Origin: an uncultured Eubacteriales bacterium
GTDB taxonomy: Bacteria; Bacillota_I; Bacilli_A; RF39; UBA660
Reading direction: 5' to 3'
Assembly: GCA_900320735.1 (NCBI GenBank)
Contig: ONTJ01000002.1
Coordinates: forward strand, 3,259-67,258
DNA length: 64,000 nucleotides
Positions 8,805-19,097 of this stretch are shown here, in pieces. The notes beneath the pieces are model-generated. The model ran no database searches. It saw only the letters and a list, made by a program, of their open reading frames with translations, and was not told where the DNA came from. The position numbers were made by a program, and so were the translations under genes. Position 1 is the stretch's first letter. Each line of letters begins with the position of its first letter.

Positions 8805-11708
8805 ATGAATTATATACCATTAAGAGTTAAGACAAATTATTCCTTACTTACTAGTTTAATAAAAATTGATGAATTAATAAAAGAATGTAAAAAAATAGGA
8901 ATTACATCTATAGGTATTTGTGATGACAATATGTATGGAGTAATGGAATTTTATAAAGAATGTAAAAGTAATAATATAAATCCTATTATAGGATTAGAAA
9001 TTAAAATTGATAGTTATAGTATATTATTGTATGCAAAAAACTATAATGGATATCAGAATTTATGCTATATATCAAGTAATGATAAAAGTATTAATTTAAT
9101 TAAAGAAAATTGTGACGATTTAATATGCATTTTACCATACGAATCTATTGATTTATATGATGAGTTACATAAATACTATAAAGATATATTTGTAGGATAT
9201 AATAGTATCGATAAAAGAAATCACGTTAAGGATAAGAAATGTATATTTTTAAATACTATAAGATGTTTGACAAAAGGTGATAGAGAATATTTAAAATATT
9301 TATATATGATAAAAGACGGTAAAAAGATAACAGATAAAGATGATTATAATTTTGATCAAAATAATTATTTGATTGAACAATCTAATTTAGATGATTACGT
9401 AAACACCGATGATTTAATAAATTATGAATTGATTGATAGTCTTTGTAATATTGAAATCAAAACAAAAGAAAATTTACTACCAAAGTATAATAATTCAAGT
9501 GACTTTGATGAATATAAGTATCTTACAAATTTGTGTAAGAAAGGTTTACTTAAAAGAATGAATAATAAAGTTCCAATAAAATATGCTAATAGGTTAATAT
9601 ATGAGCTTGATATAATAAATAAAATGGGATTTTGTAATTATTTCTTAGTTGTATGGGATTTCATTAAATATTCAAAGCAAAATAATATATTAGTTGGACC
9701 CGGTAGGGGTTCTGCAGCTGGATCACTTGTGAGTTATAGTCTTGGAATAACTGATATCGATCCTATAAAATATGATTTATTATTTGAAAGATTTTTAAAT
9801 CCAGGAAGAGTAACTATGCCTGATATAGATGTTGATTTTGACTCATCTAAAAGAGATATAGTAATTAAATATGTTACTGAAAAGTATGGGAACAAAAATG
9901 TTGCTCAAATTATTACTTTTTCAACACTTAAATCAAGAGCAGTACTTAGAGATGTTGCAAGAATATTTGATATAGAATCAATAAAAACAGATAATTTTAT
10001 AAAATTAATAGATTCAAATTTATCTTTATTAGAAAATAAAAAAAATAATTTAGTGTCAAACGAATTATCGAATGATGTTTTACTTTCTAAAGTATATGAT
10101 ATTTCAATGCATCTTGAAAATTTGAAAAGACAATCTTCTATTCATGCTGCAGGAGTCATCATTTCAAATAAGAATTTAGATAGATATATTCCGATAACAA
10201 AAAATAATGATGATGAATATATTACCGGTTTTACAATGAATTATTTAGAAGAATTAGGCCTTTTGAAAATGGACTTTTTGGCAATAGATAATTTAACTCT
10301 AATAAGTAATTTATTAGATGAAATAAAAACAGTTGATTTTAGTAAAATACAATTAGATGACAAGATGACAATAGATCTTTTTAAAAAAGTTAATACTGAT
10401 GGTATATTTCAATTTGAATCGAGTGGTATGAAAAATGTGCTTAGAAAATTTAATGTTTCATCTTTCGATGATTTAGTTGCCATAATCGCATTATTTAGGC
10501 CTGGACCTATGGATAATATAGACACTTATGTTAAGCGAAAAGAAGGAAAAGAAAAAATAGAATATTTACATGATGATTTAAAACCTATTTTGAAAAGTAC
10601 ATATGGCATTATAATATACCAAGAACAAATAATGCAAATTGCTAGTGTGATGGCAGGATATACACTTTCTGAGGCGGATATACTAAGAAGGGCAATGGGT
10701 AAAAAAAGTCATGAAATTATGCAAAATGAGAAGGAAAAATTCATATCACGAAGTATAAATAATGGGTATAGTGAAGATGTTAGTATAAAAGTTTTTGATT
10801 TAATATATAAGTTTGCTGATTTTGGATTTAACAAATCACATTCAGTTGGGTATGCAACCGTAGCATTTAAAATGGCTTATTTAAAAGCGCATTATCCACA
10901 AATCTTTATATCTCATTTATTAACTATGGTAATTGGCAATAATATAAAAACAAAACAATATATTAGTGAAGCAAAAAATCAGAAAATTAATATTATTCTC
11001 CCAGATATAAATAAGAGCTGTTATGAATATAAAATAGAAAATAGTAATATTATCTTTTCACTAGCTGCAATCAATAATGTAGGAACTATCAGCTCAAATG
11101 AGATAATAAATCAAAGAAAAAATGGCCAATTTAAAGATTTTTTTGATTTCGTAAAGAGATGTTATGGAAAAAGTATTACAAAAAAAACGATTGAATATCT
11201 AATTTATGCAGGTGCTTTTGATTCATTTAATTATAATAGAAAAACTCTAATTAATAATATAGATGTCGCAATAAATTATGCAGAGCTTGTAAAAGATTTG
11301 GATGAATCTTTGATAACAGTGCCAGAAATTAAAATATTTGATGAATATAGTAAGTCCGATTTAATAAAGCAAGAATATAATGTGTTTGGATTTTATTTAA
11401 GCTACCATCCAGTTCAAAATTACAGAGATAATAATATTAATACAACTACTATAAAAGATAATTTTAATAAGAATATAGAAATATATTTACTAATAGATAA
11501 TATTCGAGTTATAAAAACTAAAAATGAAGAAAAAATGGCATTCATAAGTGGTAGCGATGAATATGGCGAAGTAGAACTAGTCATGTTTCCAAAGGTATAT
11601 GAAAAATATTATAATTTATCAAAGGGAGATGTAATACTTGCATATGCTAAAGTTGAACGAAGAATTAATGAATATCAATTAATTATTAATAATATTAAAA
11701 AATTTTAA
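8805..11708 (+). CDS. dnaE: DNA polymerase III alpha subunit (DnaE-type, compact at 967 aa)
   Basis: N-terminal PHP domain, polymerase core motifs (GPGRGSAAGSLVSY, PDIDVDF), OB-fold near the C-terminus. Confidence 0.9.
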   Translation: MNYIPLRVKTNYSLLTSLIKIDELIKECKKIGITSIGICDDNMYGVMEFYKECKSNNINPIIGLEIKIDSYSILLYAKNYNGYQNLCYISSNDKSINLIKENCDDLICILPYESIDLYDELHKYYKDIFVGYNSIDKRNHVKDKKCIFLNTIRCLTKGDREYLKYLYMIKDGKKITDKDDYNFDQNNYLIEQSNLDDYVNTDDLINYELIDSLCNIEIKTKENLLPKYNNSSDFDEYKYLTNLCKKGLLKRMNNKVPIKYANRLIYELDIINKMGFCNYFLVVWDFIKYSKQNNILVGPGRGSAAGSLVSYSLGITDIDPIKYDLLFERFLNPGRVTMPDIDVDFDSSKRDIVIKYVTEKYGNKNVAQIITFSTLKSRAVLRDVARIFDIESIKTDNFIKLIDSNLSLLENKKNNLVSNELSNDVLLSKVYDISMHLENLKRQSSIHAAGVIISNKNLDRYIPITKNNDDEYITGFTMNYLEELGLLKMDFLAIDNLTLISNLLDEIKTVDFSKIQLDDKMTIDLFKKVNTDGIFQFESSGMKNVLRKFNVSSFDDLVAIIALFRPGPMDNIDTYVKRKEGKEKIEYLHDDLKPILKSTYGIIIYQEQIMQIASVMAGYTLSEADILRRAMGKKSHEIMQNEKEKFISRSINNGYSEDVSIKVFDLIYKFADFGFNKSHSVGYATVAFKMAYLKAHYPQIFISHLLTMVIGNNIKTKQYISEAKNQKINIILPDINKSCYEYKIENSNIIFSLAAINNVGTISSNEIINQRKNGQFKDFFDFVKRCYGKSITKKTIEYLIYAGAFDSFNYNRKTLINNIDVAINYAELVKDLDESLITVPEIKIFDEYSKSDLIKQEYNVFGFYLSYHPVQNYRDNNINTTTIKDNFNKNIEIYLLIDNIRVIKTKNEEKMAFISGSDEYGEVELVMFPKVYEKYYNLSKGDVILAYAKVERRINEYQLIINNIKKF

Positions 11709-11710
11709 TG

Positions 11711-11738
11711 GACATTCATAGTAAAGTGAATGTCTTTT
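11711..11738 (+). terminator. Intrinsic terminator after dnaE (GACATTCA...TGAATGTC + T-run)
   Basis: 8-bp perfect stem followed by TTTTGTTGTT. Confidence 0.65.
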
Positions 11739-11742
11739 GTTG

Positions 11743-11770
11743 TTGAATAAAACGAAAAAATAAGTATAAT
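11743..11770 (+). promoter_or_regulatory. SigA-type promoter for pyk (TTGAAT -16- TATAAT)
   Basis: Near-consensus hexamers with a 16-bp spacer, 18 nt upstream of the pyk RBS. Confidence 0.5.
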
Positions 11771-11787
11771 TAGAATAGGTGATAGTA

Positions 11788-13221
11788 ATGAACAAAACAA
11801 AGATGATCGCAACAATTGGTCCATCTTCAAAATCAAAAGAAGTAATGAAAAAAATGATTGAATCGGGTGTAGATGTTATTAGAATAAATATGTCACATTC
11901 TACTTTTGAAGATGCACGAGATATAATCTTAAAAGTAAGGGAGATAAATAGAGAATTATCTTTAGTAACGGGCATTATGATTGATACTAGAGGTCCTGAA
12001 ATAAGAATAAATAAATTAACTGAAAATAAAATGAAATTGGAAAAGGGTAATACTATTAGAATTACTAAGAATAATATAATTGGTGATAGTCAGATAATTA
12101 GTTTGACATTACCAGTAGTAATTGATTATATTAAAATCAATCAAAGAATCTTATTAAATGATGGAAGTGTTGTTTTAACTGTTATGAATAAATCTTCTGA
12201 TTCCTTGATATGTGAAATTCAAAATGATGGATATATTAAAAATAATTGTAGTGTAAATATACCTGATGCTGATTTTGATATTAAGTTTTTGTCTGATTAT
12301 GACAGAGAAACAATCAAATTTTCTATTATGATGGGAGTTGATTATTTAGCACTTTCACACGTTAAAAATGAAAATGATGTTTTAGATGTTAGTGATTTAC
12401 TTATAGAACATGATGATGGTCATATTCAATTAATATCAAAGATAGAAAACAAAACAGCAGTTGATGAGATAGATAATATTCTAAAAGTAAGTGATGGAGT
12501 AATGGTAGCCAGAGGTGATCTTGGAATAGAAATTGATTTAGAAAAGATACCAAGTACTCAAAAAATGATTGCAAAGAAAGCAAAAGAAAACGAAAAAATA
12601 TGTATAATAGCAACTGAAATGTTAGCTAGTATGCAAGAAAATCCAAGACCAACACGTGCTGAAGTTTCTGATATTGCCAATGCTGTGATTGATGGTACGG
12701 ATGCAATAATGTTGTCTAGTGAGACTGCAATAGGTAAATATCCTATAGAATCTGTATTAGTATCAAATAAAGTAATTGATGAAATAGAAAAAGAAATAGA
12801 TTATAATGATTTACTTTTAAATTTCAATAGAGATGCTAAGATAACAATTAGTGATGCAATATGTTATAGTGCAGTAGACTGCGCAAATAGAGTTGGTGCA
12901 TCCGCAATTGTGTGTTCCACTATATCTGGTAAAACAGCAAAAAAAATAAGCCATTTTAGACCATGCTCACAAGTAATTGCAATATCTCCTGATGAAAAGA
13001 CAGTATCGTCGCTCTCAATCAATTATGGAATAATTCCTGTAAAAGTTCCAATGATGGATACTACTGATGAAATAATTAACATATCAGTACAAACAACTAA
13101 GAAAATATTAAAATTAGAAAATAGTGAAAAGATTGTTATTACTGGAAGTTTTCCAATGACACAGGTAGATTATACTAATTTCATGAAAATATGTGAATTA
13201 GATGGTGAGGTGATAAAATGA
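11788..13221 (+). CDS. pyk: Pyruvate kinase (no C-terminal PEP-utiliser extension)
   Basis: MIATIGPSS N-terminus, TRGPEIR, MVARGDLG motifs; start assigned to the ATG 5 nt after AGGTGA. Confidence 0.9.
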   Translation: MNKTKMIATIGPSSKSKEVMKKMIESGVDVIRINMSHSTFEDARDIILKVREINRELSLVTGIMIDTRGPEIRINKLTENKMKLEKGNTIRITKNNIIGDSQIISLTLPVVIDYIKINQRILLNDGSVVLTVMNKSSDSLICEIQNDGYIKNNCSVNIPDADFDIKFLSDYDRETIKFSIMMGVDYLALSHVKNENDVLDVSDLLIEHDDGHIQLISKIENKTAVDEIDNILKVSDGVMVARGDLGIEIDLEKIPSTQKMIAKKAKENEKICIIATEMLASMQENPRPTRAEVSDIANAVIDGTDAIMLSSETAIGKYPIESVLVSNKVIDEIEKEIDYNDLLLNFNRDAKITISDAICYSAVDCANRVGASAIVCSTISGKTAKKISHFRPCSQVIAISPDEKTVSSLSINYGIIPVKVPMMDTTDEIINISVQTTKKILKLENSEKIVITGSFPMTQVDYTNFMKICELDGEVIK

Positions 13222-13373
13222 TTTCTAAAGAAGAATTAGATAAAGTAAAAGAAAAAATATTTGACGAAATAATGGAAAAAAATATTAAAGAAGAAATTAT
13301 TATTAGACTTAAAGAAGAAGCAAAAAATAAGTTAAAAGAATTTGAAAGTGAAAGTGATCCGATTGAAGAATAG
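13218..13373 (+). CDS. Small ORF (51 aa, K/E-rich) whose ATGA start overlaps the pyk stop. It is not in the ORF track and its reality is uncertain.
   Basis: The ATG overlaps the pyk TGA; its 3' end overlaps the next ORF in the +1 frame. Confidence 0.2.
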   Translation: MISKEELDKVKEKIFDEIMEKNIKEEIIIRLKEEAKNKLKEFESESDPIEE

Positions 13374-13953
13374 TGATATTGAAAAAGAAATATTTGACGA
13401 ATTATATAGAGATTATATTAATGATTTTATAAAGGATTATATATATGATAATAGAAATATAATTAGTAAATATAGTATATTAGAAATAGAATATAATATA
13501 GATGGTACTAAAAAAGATATATATTCACTTGCTTCTGAGAGAGATATAAAAAAAGTTCAAATAACTGCAGATAAAAATGAGTTGGACTATAAATTTAGTC
13601 AAAATATTATTAAAGAAGATGAATATAATAATAAGATAGATGAAATAAATAATAAAATTAAAAATATAAATTTATTATATGATGATTTAATATTTGATAT
13701 TATAAATAAATATGATATAGAAAAAATAACAAAATCTATTTTGCAATATAATTTAAACAATATAGATTTAGATAGATTAGCGCGTGCTATTTCTTCAGTT
13801 TCAGAAAATAAGATAGAAGAATTTAGAATGAATAATAAATTATTTATGTTAGATAAGATGTCTTATTGGAATTATAAGTATAATAAAATTTCAAAGGGTA
13901 TAAGTAAGGCAAGAGAAGTAGAAAGTTTTATAATTAATTTAATAAAAAATTAA
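13342..13953 (+). CDS. Hypothetical K/N/D-rich protein
   Basis: ORF with a TTG start; no recognisable motifs. Confidence 0.3.
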   Translation: MKVKVIRLKNSDIEKEIFDELYRDYINDFIKDYIYDNRNIISKYSILEIEYNIDGTKKDIYSLASERDIKKVQITADKNELDYKFSQNIIKEDEYNNKIDEINNKIKNINLLYDDLIFDIINKYDIEKITKSILQYNLNNIDLDRLARAISSVSENKIEEFRMNNKLFMLDKMSYWNYKYNKISKGISKAREVESFIINLIKN

Positions 13954-13964
13954 TTATTTTTCTT

Positions 13965-14000
13965 TTTTAGGGGAATTTATTTTATTTATAACGTATATAT
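13965..14000 (+). promoter_or_regulatory. Copy (a) of the conserved sigma-H-like promoter motif (AGGGGAATT -12- AACGTATAT), upstream of the ABC transporter
   Basis: TTTTAGGGGAATTTATTTTATTTATAACGTATATAT aligns with near-identical copies at 20404-20442 and 44976-45014. Confidence 0.45.
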
Positions 14001-14014
14001 TTTATGAAAGGAAA

Positions 14015-16303
14015 ATGATTATGTTAAAATTAGTTAATATTTGCAAAAATTATAAAACAGGTGATTTTAATCAACAAGCACTTGATAATATAAATTTATC
14101 GTTTAATGAAAATGAATTTGTATCAATATTAGGTCCATCTGGTTCTGGTAAAACGACTTTATTAAATATAATTGGGGGACTTGATAGGTATGATAGTGGT
14201 GATTTGATAATCAAGGGTAAGTCAACTAAAAAATTTAAAAACAAAGATTTCGATAGTTATAGAAATAAATCTATAGGTTTTATTTTTCAAAATTATAATT
14301 TAATTACTCACATTGACATACTTTCCAATGTTGAGATGGGTATGACATTATCTGGACTTAAAAAAAGAAAAAGAAGAAAAATAGCACTTGAATTGTTAGA
14401 AAAAGTGAATCTAAAGGAACATAGACATAAAAAACCAAATCAATTATCGGGTGGTCAAATGCAAAGAGTAGCAATTGCAAGGGCACTTTCAAATAATCCA
14501 GAAATAATACTTGCAGATGAACCGACAGGAGCGCTTGATTCATCTACAAGCACACAAATAATGAAATTGATAAAGGATATATCAAAAGATAAATTAGTAA
14601 TTATGGTAACTCATAATGAAGAACTTGCAAAAGAGTATTCAGATAGAATTATAAATATGAAGGATGGCAAAGTTATAGGTGATACACAAAAAAATACTGT
14701 CGAAGAAATTGATAAAAAATATGTACTAAATAAAACTAAGATGAAATTTTTAACCGCATTAAATTTATCATTAAATAATATTAAAACTAAAAAAGGTAGA
14801 ACATTATTAATGTCTTTTGCTTCATCCATTGGTATAATCGGAATATCACTAATACTGGCTTTATCTAATGGTTTTTCAAAACAAATAGAGAAATTTGAGA
14901 GAAATACTTCTGATGTTATGCCGATTATGATAACGCATCAAAAACAAAACGTAGAGGAAATAAAGAATGAAATTATTTCCTCGAATAAATATAAAAATAA
15001 AAAATTATATAGTGATAAAAACATCATAAATGTAACAGAAAAAAAAGAAAGTAAATATAATAATATATCAAATGAGTTTGTTTCCTATATCAAAAATATG
15101 AATCCTAATTATATGTCAAGTTTAGGATTTAATCATAGTTTGAAATTAAATCTAATTCAAAATAGTGATGATGGTTATTATATGATAGATTCTTTAGAAT
15201 TATTTAAACCATTACCGATAAGAAATTTTAATGATAAGAAAGTAAGTGAAATAATAACTAATTATTATGATTTACTATATGGAAAATTACCAACTTCATA
15301 TAATGAATTACTCTTAGAAATAGATAAATCAAATAGTATTGATGAGAATATTAAAAAAATACTTAATATAAAAGATAATGTGGTATCATTTGATCAAGTA
15401 ATTGATAAAGAAATAAAAGTAGTAAATAATGATGAATTATATAAAGAATATAATGGTAATTTTGTGATAAATAAAATCGATGAAAATATGTATAATAGTT
15501 CAAATAATATAACACTTAAAGTAGTAGGTATAATTAGAGCAAAAAAAGAAAAAGAAAATTTAATTAATTCTTCTTGCAATATATATTATAAGAATGAATT
15601 AATAGATCACGTAATAAGCAAAAATAGTAATTCCAATATAGTTAGAAAGCAAAAAGATTCTGAATATAATATTTTGACAGGTACTAAATTATCAAGTGAT
15701 GAAAAAAGACAGTTGTTAGATTATTTAGGTGACATATCAAATCCTAAATCGATTTATATATATCCTAAAAATTTTGATTCTAAAGATAAGATAGTCAAAT
15801 ATATCGAAAATTATAATAGAGGAAAAAAGGAAGATAACAAGATTTCATATTTGGATCAAGCACAGTTAATAACTAATATATCAGGTGGTATAATGAGTGG
15901 AATAACAAGTGTATTAGTTGCTTTTTCTTCAATATCTCTTATTGTATCATCCATAATGATAGGTATAATTACTTATATATCTGTTTTAGAAAGAACAAAG
16001 GAAATTGGAATATTACGCAGTTTGGGTGCTAGAAAGAAAGATATTAGAAGGGTATTTAATGCTGAAACATTTATTATTGGATTGTTTTCTGGTATTTTGG
16101 GAATACTTATATCTAGACTTTTATTGATACCTATTAATAATATATTATTTAAATTGACAGGTTTAGATAACATTGCAATTATGAATATAAAATATTCTAT
16201 TATGCTAATTATAATTAGTATTATATTGACTTTAGTAGGAGGGGCAATACCATCTAATCTAGCATCTAAGAAAGATCCAGTGCAATCTCTTAGAACAGAA
16301 TAA
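14015..16303 (+). CDS. ABC transporter with fused ATP-binding and permease domains (MacB/FtsX-type with a large extracytoplasmic domain)
   Basis: The N-terminal ABC ATPase has GPSGSGKTT, LSGGQ and DEPTGALD motifs. A roughly 400-aa extracellular region follows, then a C-terminal FtsX-like 3-TM domain. Confidence 0.8.
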   Translation: MIMLKLVNICKNYKTGDFNQQALDNINLSFNENEFVSILGPSGSGKTTLLNIIGGLDRYDSGDLIIKGKSTKKFKNKDFDSYRNKSIGFIFQNYNLITHIDILSNVEMGMTLSGLKKRKRRKIALELLEKVNLKEHRHKKPNQLSGGQMQRVAIARALSNNPEIILADEPTGALDSSTSTQIMKLIKDISKDKLVIMVTHNEELAKEYSDRIINMKDGKVIGDTQKNTVEEIDKKYVLNKTKMKFLTALNLSLNNIKTKKGRTLLMSFASSIGIIGISLILALSNGFSKQIEKFERNTSDVMPIMITHQKQNVEEIKNEIISSNKYKNKKLYSDKNIINVTEKKESKYNNISNEFVSYIKNMNPNYMSSLGFNHSLKLNLIQNSDDGYYMIDSLELFKPLPIRNFNDKKVSEIITNYYDLLYGKLPTSYNELLLEIDKSNSIDENIKKILNIKDNVVSFDQVIDKEIKVVNNDELYKEYNGNFVINKIDENMYNSSNNITLKVVGIIRAKKEKENLINSSCNIYYKNELIDHVISKNSNSNIVRKQKDSEYNILTGTKLSSDEKRQLLDYLGDISNPKSIYIYPKNFDSKDKIVKYIENYNRGKKEDNKISYLDQAQLITNISGGIMSGITSVLVAFSSISLIVSSIMIGIITYISVLERTKEIGILRSLGARKKDIRRVFNAETFIIGLFSGILGILISRLLLIPINNILFKLTGLDNIAIMNIKYSIMLIIISIILTLVGGAIPSNLASKKDPVQSLRTE

Positions 16304-16326
16304 AACGCAGTTAATTGCGTTTTTTA
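16304..16326 (+). terminator. Intrinsic terminator after the ABC transporter (AAACGCAGTTAATTGCGTTTTTT)
   Basis: Perfect hairpin followed by a T-run. Confidence 0.7.
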
Positions 16327-16382
16327 TTTTATATTTGAATAAATTGCCATTTTAAACACAAAAGTATGTTGAAGGTGAAAAA

Positions 16383-17159
16383 ATGGCAAAGAATAAAGTA
16401 GAAATAACAGGAATTAAGACTAGTAGTTTAAAAGTGTTAACGAATGAAGAACAAATTGAATTATTTAATAAAATGAAAAATAATGATTCAAAAGCAAGAG
16501 ATGAACTTATTAATGGTAATTTAAAACTTGTATTGAGTATTTTAAAAAAATTTATTAATAGATGTGATAATATGGATGATTTATTTCAGATAGGATGTAT
16601 AGGATTAATTAAGGCAATAGATAATTTTGATTTATCTTATAATGTTAAATTTTCTACATATGCAGTTCCAATGATTGTTGGCGAAGTTAAAAGACATCTT
16701 AGGGATGATAGTATGATAAGAATATCTAGAAGTGTTAAAGATATTGCATACAAAACATTAAAAGCAAAAGAACAATATATGATTGAATATGGTAGAGAAG
16801 CTACGATTGAGGAACTATCAAAGATAATAGGAGTAGATGAATTAGATATTATTTGTTCACTTGAAGCTACTAAACAGACTATTAGTATATTTGAACCAAT
16901 ATATGATGATGGTGGTGAAATAATATATTTATTTGATCAAATAAAAAATCCAAATGAAGAAAATTCAAATTGGAATAATAGAATAATGCTAAAATCCGCA
17001 ATAGAAAAATTGAAATTGAAAGAACGATTTATAATATACCAGAGATATCTTATTGGAAAAACTCAAATGGAAATAAGTGATGAACTTGGAATCAGTCAAG
17101 CACAGGTTTCACGAATAGAAAAAAATGCATTAAATAATGTAAAGCGTTTAATTAAATAA
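16383..17159 (+). CDS. sigG: Sporulation sigma factor of the SigG/SigF type
   Basis: Near-colinear with B. subtilis SigG: MxxNKVEIxG...GNLRLVLS...DDLFQxGCIGLxKxIDNFDLS..KFSTYAVPMIxGExxRxLRD...ISQAQVSRxEK. Confidence 0.8.
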   Translation: MAKNKVEITGIKTSSLKVLTNEEQIELFNKMKNNDSKARDELINGNLKLVLSILKKFINRCDNMDDLFQIGCIGLIKAIDNFDLSYNVKFSTYAVPMIVGEVKRHLRDDSMIRISRSVKDIAYKTLKAKEQYMIEYGREATIEELSKIIGVDELDIICSLEATKQTISIFEPIYDDGGEIIYLFDQIKNPNEENSNWNNRIMLKSAIEKLKLKERFIIYQRYLIGKTQMEISDELGISQAQVSRIEKNALNNVKRLIK

Positions 17160-17224
17160 TTATAAATTAAAAACTCTTATGTTATAATTATTATGATATA
17201 AGAGTTTTATTATGGAGGATAAAT

Positions 17225-18022
17225 ATGAATTTATTAAATTATATTATAGTTATAGTATTATCATTAGTAACAACAATTGTATTTACTTTTTTTATACTTT
17301 ATTCGGATAGAAAATCAAAAGAACCAGTTCGTATGATTTTATTATGTCTATTTTCTAGTATATTTACAATAAGTTTATCATTAATATTAGGACAAGTATT
17401 ACTTCCTAATTTAGATATAATATCAACTGGGTTATTTAATTATAATATACAAAATATAGTAAAAATAGTTGCGCTTGCTTTAGTAGAAGAATATTCTAAA
17501 TTAGTATTTTTATATTTGATAATTTCTAAAACTAAATATTTTAATGATATCTATGATGGATTTGTATATTCATCCATAATTGCTCTTTCTTTTGCTGCTT
17601 TAGAATCTTTAATATATGTATTTAATGAACCAAATATAGAATCAATGAAATCTCTTGCAATACTTAGAAGCATAACAACAGTACCGATACATTTGATATG
17701 TGGAAGTGTTATGGGCTACTATATAGGTAGAGAAAAATTTACTTGGGGTAGTAAAAGAAGATTTATATATTTATTGTGTGCTTTATTACTACCAACATTT
17801 TTACATTTTTCATATAATTATTCTCTTTCTAATATTGTAAATAGATTATTATCATCAAATATGCTTATACCCGTAATACTAGCTTTCTTTAGTTTATTTT
17901 ATATGATATCAATCATATATATTGAAAAAACAATATTTTTAAATAAAAAATTTATTAATAATGAAAAATATGATAAATTAATGACTAGAAATGAAGCAAA
18001 CGAAACATATATATTGAAATAA
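17225..18022 (+). CDS. PrsW-family intramembrane metalloprotease-like membrane protein
   Basis: Polytopic membrane protein with EEYSK, FAALESLIY and HLICGSVMG motifs resembling the PrsW signatures EExxK / FxxxE / HxxxxxxxG. Confidence 0.45.
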   Translation: MNLLNYIIVIVLSLVTTIVFTFFILYSDRKSKEPVRMILLCLFSSIFTISLSLILGQVLLPNLDIISTGLFNYNIQNIVKIVALALVEEYSKLVFLYLIISKTKYFNDIYDGFVYSSIIALSFAALESLIYVFNEPNIESMKSLAILRSITTVPIHLICGSVMGYYIGREKFTWGSKRRFIYLLCALLLPTFLHFSYNYSLSNIVNRLLSSNMLIPVILAFFSLFYMISIIYIEKTIFLNKKFINNEKYDKLMTRNEANETYILK

Positions 18023-18064
18023 TTTGAAATATAAGTATAATTTATAAAAGCAAAGGAAGAAATT

Positions 18065-19081
18065 ATGAATAAGAAATGTATTGGATGTGGTGCGACTCTT
18101 CAAACCACAGATAAAGAAAAAGTAGGTTATATAAAAGAAGAAAAAATTGATGAGTCTGATTACTGTGAAAGGTGTTTTAGAATAATAAATTATAATGACT
18201 ATAAAAGTATAAAAACAGATGGTAGTGAATATATTGAAATATATAAAAATATTAATAAAACTGATGACTTAGTATTATTTTTAGTAGATATATTTAATAT
18301 AAATGAATCTATTAAGATGATAAATCAATATATTAATAATAAGATTATTTTAGTCATAACTAAATTTGATATAATGCCAAAACATGTAAAAGAGAAAAAG
18401 ATAATTGAAAACATAAAACAATATGACTTTAATAATAATATTATAGATTTTGTAGTAGTAAGTAGTAAGAAATCATATAATATAAATTTACTTTATGAAA
18501 AAATAATTTCAAACAAAACATCTAATAATGTATATATATGTGGAAATACAAATTCAGGAAAGAGTACACTCATAAACAAATTTATTAAGAATTACAGTGA
18601 CAATGAGATAAATATAACAACTAGTATTTTACCATCAACGACAATAAATACAAATGAGATAAAAATAAATAAAGATTTAACTTTAATAGATACACCTGGT
18701 TTTATTGAAAAAGATAATATTTCAAATTTTGTAGATTCAAAGATACTTAAGAGAATAATGCCAAATAAAAGAATAAAACCAATAACATATCAAATATGTG
18801 AAGGTAAGACTTTATTAGTTAACAATATGCTTCGTATAGAGTATGTAAAGGGTGAAAAAAATAGTTTTACATTTTATTTGTCGAATGATATAATTGTAAG
18901 TAGAATAAATACTATGACAAATTTGAGATGCAGGGATTTAAAAAAGACATCACTTAAAGTAAATCCTGATGAAGATGTTATAGTAAATGGTTTATGTTTT
19001 ATAAAAATAAAAAAAGAAGCTTTAATTAATATATATGTGGACGATAATATAGGAATTTATAAACGTAAATCGTTGATATAA
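18065..19081 (+). CDS. yqeH: Ribosome biogenesis GTPase YqeH (circularly permuted GTPase)
   Basis: N-terminal Zn finger CIGCG...CERCFR; permuted G4 (TKFD), G1 (GNTNSGKST), G3 (DTPG) order. Confidence 0.8.
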   Translation: MNKKCIGCGATLQTTDKEKVGYIKEEKIDESDYCERCFRIINYNDYKSIKTDGSEYIEIYKNINKTDDLVLFLVDIFNINESIKMINQYINNKIILVITKFDIMPKHVKEKKIIENIKQYDFNNNIIDFVVVSSKKSYNINLLYEKIISNKTSNNVYICGNTNSGKSTLINKFIKNYSDNEINITTSILPSTTINTNEIKINKDLTLIDTPGFIEKDNISNFVDSKILKRIMPNKRIKPITYQICEGKTLLVNNMLRIEYVKGEKNSFTFYLSNDIIVSRINTMTNLRCRDLKKTSLKVNPDEDVIVNGLCFIKIKKEALINIYVDDNIGIYKRKSLI

Positions 19082-19097
19082 GAAAGAAGGAAAAAGA

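Noticed and set aside
16330-16382. Possible sigma-F/G-type promoter (GAATAA … CAAAAGTA) upstream of the sigG-like gene
   Set aside because: Spacing and -10 match are too loose to call by eye; left unannotated.
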